Assembly (NCBI GenBank): GCA_964016885.1
Contig: OZ024742.1
Location: forward strand, 200,632,001-200,696,000
DNA length: 64,000 nt
Direction: 5' to 3'
From: Eledone cirrhosa
Lineage: Eukaryota
Below the pieces are notes generated by a model. That model made no database searches and was not told where the DNA came from. It saw nothing but the letters and a program-made list of their open reading frames with translations. The translations under genes and the position numbers were made by a program. How positions within the stretch are numbered: the stretch's first letter is position 1; every line of letters begins with the position of its first letter. Below are positions 59,542-64,000 of the stretch, piece after piece.

Positions 59542-59895
59542 CATGTGTCTAACACCCGTGGGCCCATGTACTTACGAAGTCAGAAAACAGCACAACTTCC
59601 ATGGCTTTCAGAAACATTTTTTCACGCTCAGAGTTGCCGAAGCATGGAACAAACTACCTGCATCATTTGTTAGCTGCCGAGACTGTGCATCCTTAAAAAC
59701 CTCCATGCTTCCTGAAATTCGCCAACACTACACCTGATCCCCCCCCCCCCTCCATACATACGCACACATGTAGATCATGAATCATACACTGTTCACCTTC
59801 CTGAACATTTGTACATCATTCTATGTACTATACATGCACTTTTGATGAGTTGTAGTGCACCTGAGCACTGTACACAATCATTTCATTATTATTAT
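59542..59895 (+). mobile_element. CR1/Jockey-group LINE 3' fragment (same family as 19094-19690)
   Basis: KHFFTLRVAEAWNKLPAS, shared 3' UTR, and (ATT)n tail. Confidence 0.88.
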
Positions 59896-59906
59896 AACTT
59901 AAGTAA

Positions 59907-60122
59907 GGGCGGTGGATTGGCATTAGGGTAGTGGGTCTGACGCCATGCTTTGCAGCATAGATTACGGTTCTTTATGATCCGAGTTCAAATCCCGCTGAGG
60001 TTAACTTTGCCTTTCATCCTTACGGGGTCGATAAAATAAAGTACCAGCAATGCACTGGGGTCAATTTATTCGACTTTCCCCTCCCCCAAACTGCTGGCCT
60101 TGTGCCTAAATCTGAAACCATT
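59907..60122 (+). mobile_element. SINE family A
   Basis: Full-length match. ATTATTATAACTTAA is repeated at both ends, consistent with a TSD. Confidence 0.88.
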
Positions 60123-60661
60123 ATTATAACTTAACTAGCACAGAGCCTCATTTGTCCTAAATCCGGCACTGTCCATAATTAATAACTGTAACAGCAATCA
60201 ATCGCTATAAACAACTTACTCTCGGGTCCAAAATAATGGGGGGGGGGGGTGTTTAGAATAAATGGGGGAGTTTGAATAAGCAGGGTTGGTGTGGGCCGAA
60301 GACTAGCGGTAGTTTTTCTAGGTTGTTTCTGTTGATTAAAAAAAAAATACATTATTTTTACGATATATGGGATTTCTAGTAATGTACCTTTTTGGTCATG
60401 AATAATATAAAGATAATTATTTATAGGAATGCTACCACCTAAAACTTAGATTGGCGGGGATGGGAGTAGTTGGAAAAAATCCGAAAAGACCTGTGGGGAC
60501 AGGCGATTGTTCGATGACATAAAGTATCCAGTAACCGTTACGGAAAATCGAACTTCTGAGTTCGATTAGAGGTATTTTACTGGAATTTCTAAGCGATCGA
60601 ATGTTATTTTCTGTGTTTGAAATACCCTCATTTTCAAATCTAAATATCCCCCACCACTCCG

Positions 60662-60868
<207 letters not shown>

Positions 60869-60869
60869 G

Positions 60870-60900
<31 letters not shown>

Positions 60901-60938
60901 ATATATATACATAGATACACACACACATATAATATAAC

Positions 60939-61024
<86 letters not shown>

Positions 61025-61060
61025 ATATACCTATCTATCTATCTATCTAATCTCTCTCTC

Positions 61061-61110
<50 letters not shown>

Positions 61111-61396
61111 TGTGCGTGTGTTAGTGTGAGTGTGTGTGTTTGTTATGATTAAATATGCCAGCCTAAAGAAGAAAAGAAAGTCTGTTGTCATGGTTTGGAT
61201 GCTGGTAATCGGATGTCTGTTGTATGACAGCTGACTTGGGACAGAATAAGAACGCCACAATCCTTAACGTCAACAACACAGAAAACCACCATATTCTCCC
61301 ACCACCACTAACAATACTATAACAATAACAATAACAGTGAGTGAACGGGGATGCCCCAGCGTGGCTACTTGACTTGCTAGAAATAGCAGCCAAACG

Positions 61397-61770
61397 TCTA
61401 TGAATATATAGTTTTTAATATATAGGTCTATTAATATTTAGAGTGTTTAATATATATACGTCTATGAATATATACAGCTTTTAATATATCGGTCTATTAA
61501 TATTTACAGTTTTTAATATACATACCACTATTAATATATACAGTTTTTAATATATAGATCTATTAATATACATAGTTTTGAATGTATATACTTCTATTAA
61601 TATATACAGTTTTGAATATACATACCTCTATTATATATACAGTTTTTAATATATAGGTCTATTAATATACATAGTTTTGAATACATATACTTCTATTAAT
61701 ATATACAGTTTTTAATATATACATCTTTTTATATATACAGTTTTTAATATATACATCTATTAATATATAG
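61397..61770. repeat. AT-rich minisatellite, unit of about 32-34 bp, about 11 copies
   Basis: Unit approximately CTATTAATATATACAGTTTTTAATATATA(C/G)RT. Confidence 0.88.
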
Positions 61771-62227
61771 TTTAAATGTACAGACAAGACAGGGGGGTTT
61801 AATATACTGCTATACACGCTTAAAATGGTCAGAGGTCAGGTTTGATTCGAGGCTAAACTCTAAGTAGTGTTTATATCGAGTAAAGAAATGGGGACATCAC
61901 CGAAAAGAAATCATTCGGAATTATAATAAAAGAAATTGTAATAAATATACATTACAATAGAAAACAACACAGGATAAATAATTTGGCCATTTGGATCACA
62001 GACTTTAAGGACATACAATTAACAAGGACTGTAAGTTTTTACATTAAAATGAGTGAATCGAAAAATAAAGCAGGTAGCAAAATAACACTAAATTCCCCAA
62101 TAGATCGGGGCTGGGTTGGCACCACTCAGGAGCATCGAAGGGAACACCACATTTCCTGGATTTCCCTTATTGCCAAGGGTACCATAAACATGTGTTCCTC
62201 TCTCCACAATTCGTCCCAGTCAATCAT

Positions 62228-63115
62228 AAATGTTTCTACATTTGGCACAAGGCCAGCAATTATTTCATTACGTTACTGGTACTTTATTTTATTGACCCCG
62301 TAAGGATGAAAGGCAAAGTTAACCTCGGCGGGATTTGAACTCAGAATGTAAAGGGCCATAACTCTAAGTTGCAAAGCATGGTGCCTGGCGCTCTACCGAT
62401 ACTACCAATCCACGTTTCTTATTTAGGAACAAGGTCAGTGATTTGGGGGCGGGACAGGCGACTAGTAAGTTACAACGACCCCAGTACATGAGTGGTATTT
62501 TATTTTTATCGACCCCCAGAGGGGATGAAAGGTAAATTTCGACATCGGTAGTATTTGAACTGGGAACGTAAAGAAAGAGGCAGTATACATTCCCATTATA
62601 ACGTAGTAACAATTGTGTCATTCCACTCAAACTGGACGCCTACATTATTTTATGGACGGATAAAAACCAAAGCTGACCTTAGCAAGATTTGAACTTAGAA
62701 TACAATTAGCTGGTACAAACAGAGCATGTCCTGGCATTTTGCCCGACATTGACCAATTTGCCAATCCACCCACTCTGAATGGGTACTATGTTTTATAGAA
62801 CCCCCAGGAAAGTGGTCTTATAAATACAAAGTTGACCACAGCGGGTTTCGAACCTTCGTTAGGATGGAATCATCCGTAATAAAATACCACAACATATACC
62901 AATTCTTTCATCTACCAATTTATTTCAAGGACCGGAACTAGAATAGTTAGAGGGTCAGACAAAATGGTTTGTGGTCTTTATCTTTATATGTTCTGAGTTC
63001 AAATTCCCACGAGGTAAACTGTCTGTCATTCTTCTATGGCCGATATCGATAAAATAAAGTACCAGTCTATGTCAACGACTGTCCCCGGATCCACCAGGCC
63101 TTATGCTTGGATTAA
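62228..63115. mobile_element. Cluster of family A SINEs and older relatives
   Basis: Minus-strand copies at 62228-62412 and 62413-62580, fainter ones to ~62860, and a plus-strand relic at 62935-63115. Confidence 0.75.
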
Positions 63116-63360
63116 AACTCATTTAATAAAGCCCACCAAAGTTAAAAAAGCCAAAACTGACGGACTTTGTACTTCGAACTGAGAATGTAAAGGACCGGAG
63201 CAAAATACACCAAGGCAAATGGTTCCACCGACAGAGATGTGATTAAGGTGTTTTCTTCGCAACCACGTGGTTTCGGGTTTAGTTTCACTGACTGTGCCTT
63301 TGGCTGTAGTTTCGCCCTGGGATTGAAATTTAGTAGATGGAATCTGTGTAGAAGCCCGTC

Positions 63361-63400
<40 letters not shown>

Positions 63401-64000
63401 ATATATATATATATATATGTGCGTGTGTGTGTATATATGTATGTATATATATATATGTGTGTGTGTGTGTATGTATGTATATATAAATATATATGTGTAT
63501 GTATGTATGTGTGAATGGGTGGGTGTATCAACATTTATTATTTATGCTTCCTAACTTAGCGGTTCGAGAAAAAAGATTGATAAAATAAGAACCGGACAAG
63601 AAAATAGCTAAAAAAAAAAAAAAACCATATACTAGCGGTGAAAAATCCCTTGAAGGTGGTGCCCCAGGAAGGCCTTAGTAAAAAAACTGGAACACGTATA
63701 TAAATAAAAAAAGGCGTTGTAAGCAGACGACAGCAGCTGAAGGAAAAGACAGAAGAGAGAAGAGAAATAAGAGGAGGAATATCACGTTTGTAAATAAGTG
63801 AATACTATAATAATAATGTCCCAACTTACTACTTTGAGGATCTGTGAGATGCGTATACCGAGGCGTACAACCAGCCGGTTGTTAAGTCCAGCGGGCCTGA
63901 TGAGCTTATTGTATTGTTTAGTGAACATAATATGTTTATAGGCATCCTTTGATCCATTACTGGCCCTTAATCCAGGAACGTAGCACAGAAAAGCAGACAG

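Overview
This is AT-rich, microsatellite-saturated animal intergenic or intronic DNA. The SINE families and the (TA)n/(CA)n load point to an octopod cephalopod, which is an inference. No host gene can be supported, and nearly all tracked ORFs are microsatellite read-throughs. The real coding content is retrotransposon-derived: a 5'-truncated Penelope-like element (PLE) with an open RT+GIY-YIG ORF (721-2343), a second PLE GIY-YIG fragment, an L1/Tx1-like LINE inserted in (TATC)n (one closely related 3' copy and one old relic elsewhere), CR1-like, R4/Dong-like and HERO/NeSL-like fragments, about 25 copies of a tRNA-derived SINE, and several MITEs. The most striking unexplained signal is in the short 'islands' between (TA)n tracts. 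Many are non-coding mini-elements from at least 10 sequence families that carry hammerhead ribozyme (HHR) folds. Several folds are textbook-complete (5507-5593, 21142-21199, 25918-25955, 48109-48175). One appears to be a type II permutation and one is a split two-half fold. The elements are very often fold-back (inverted) structures whose inversion point falls in or next to the ribozyme. They look like a large family of (TA)n-targeted, PLE-derived or retrozyme-like non-autonomous retroelements. All folds were read by eye; no search or folding program was run.
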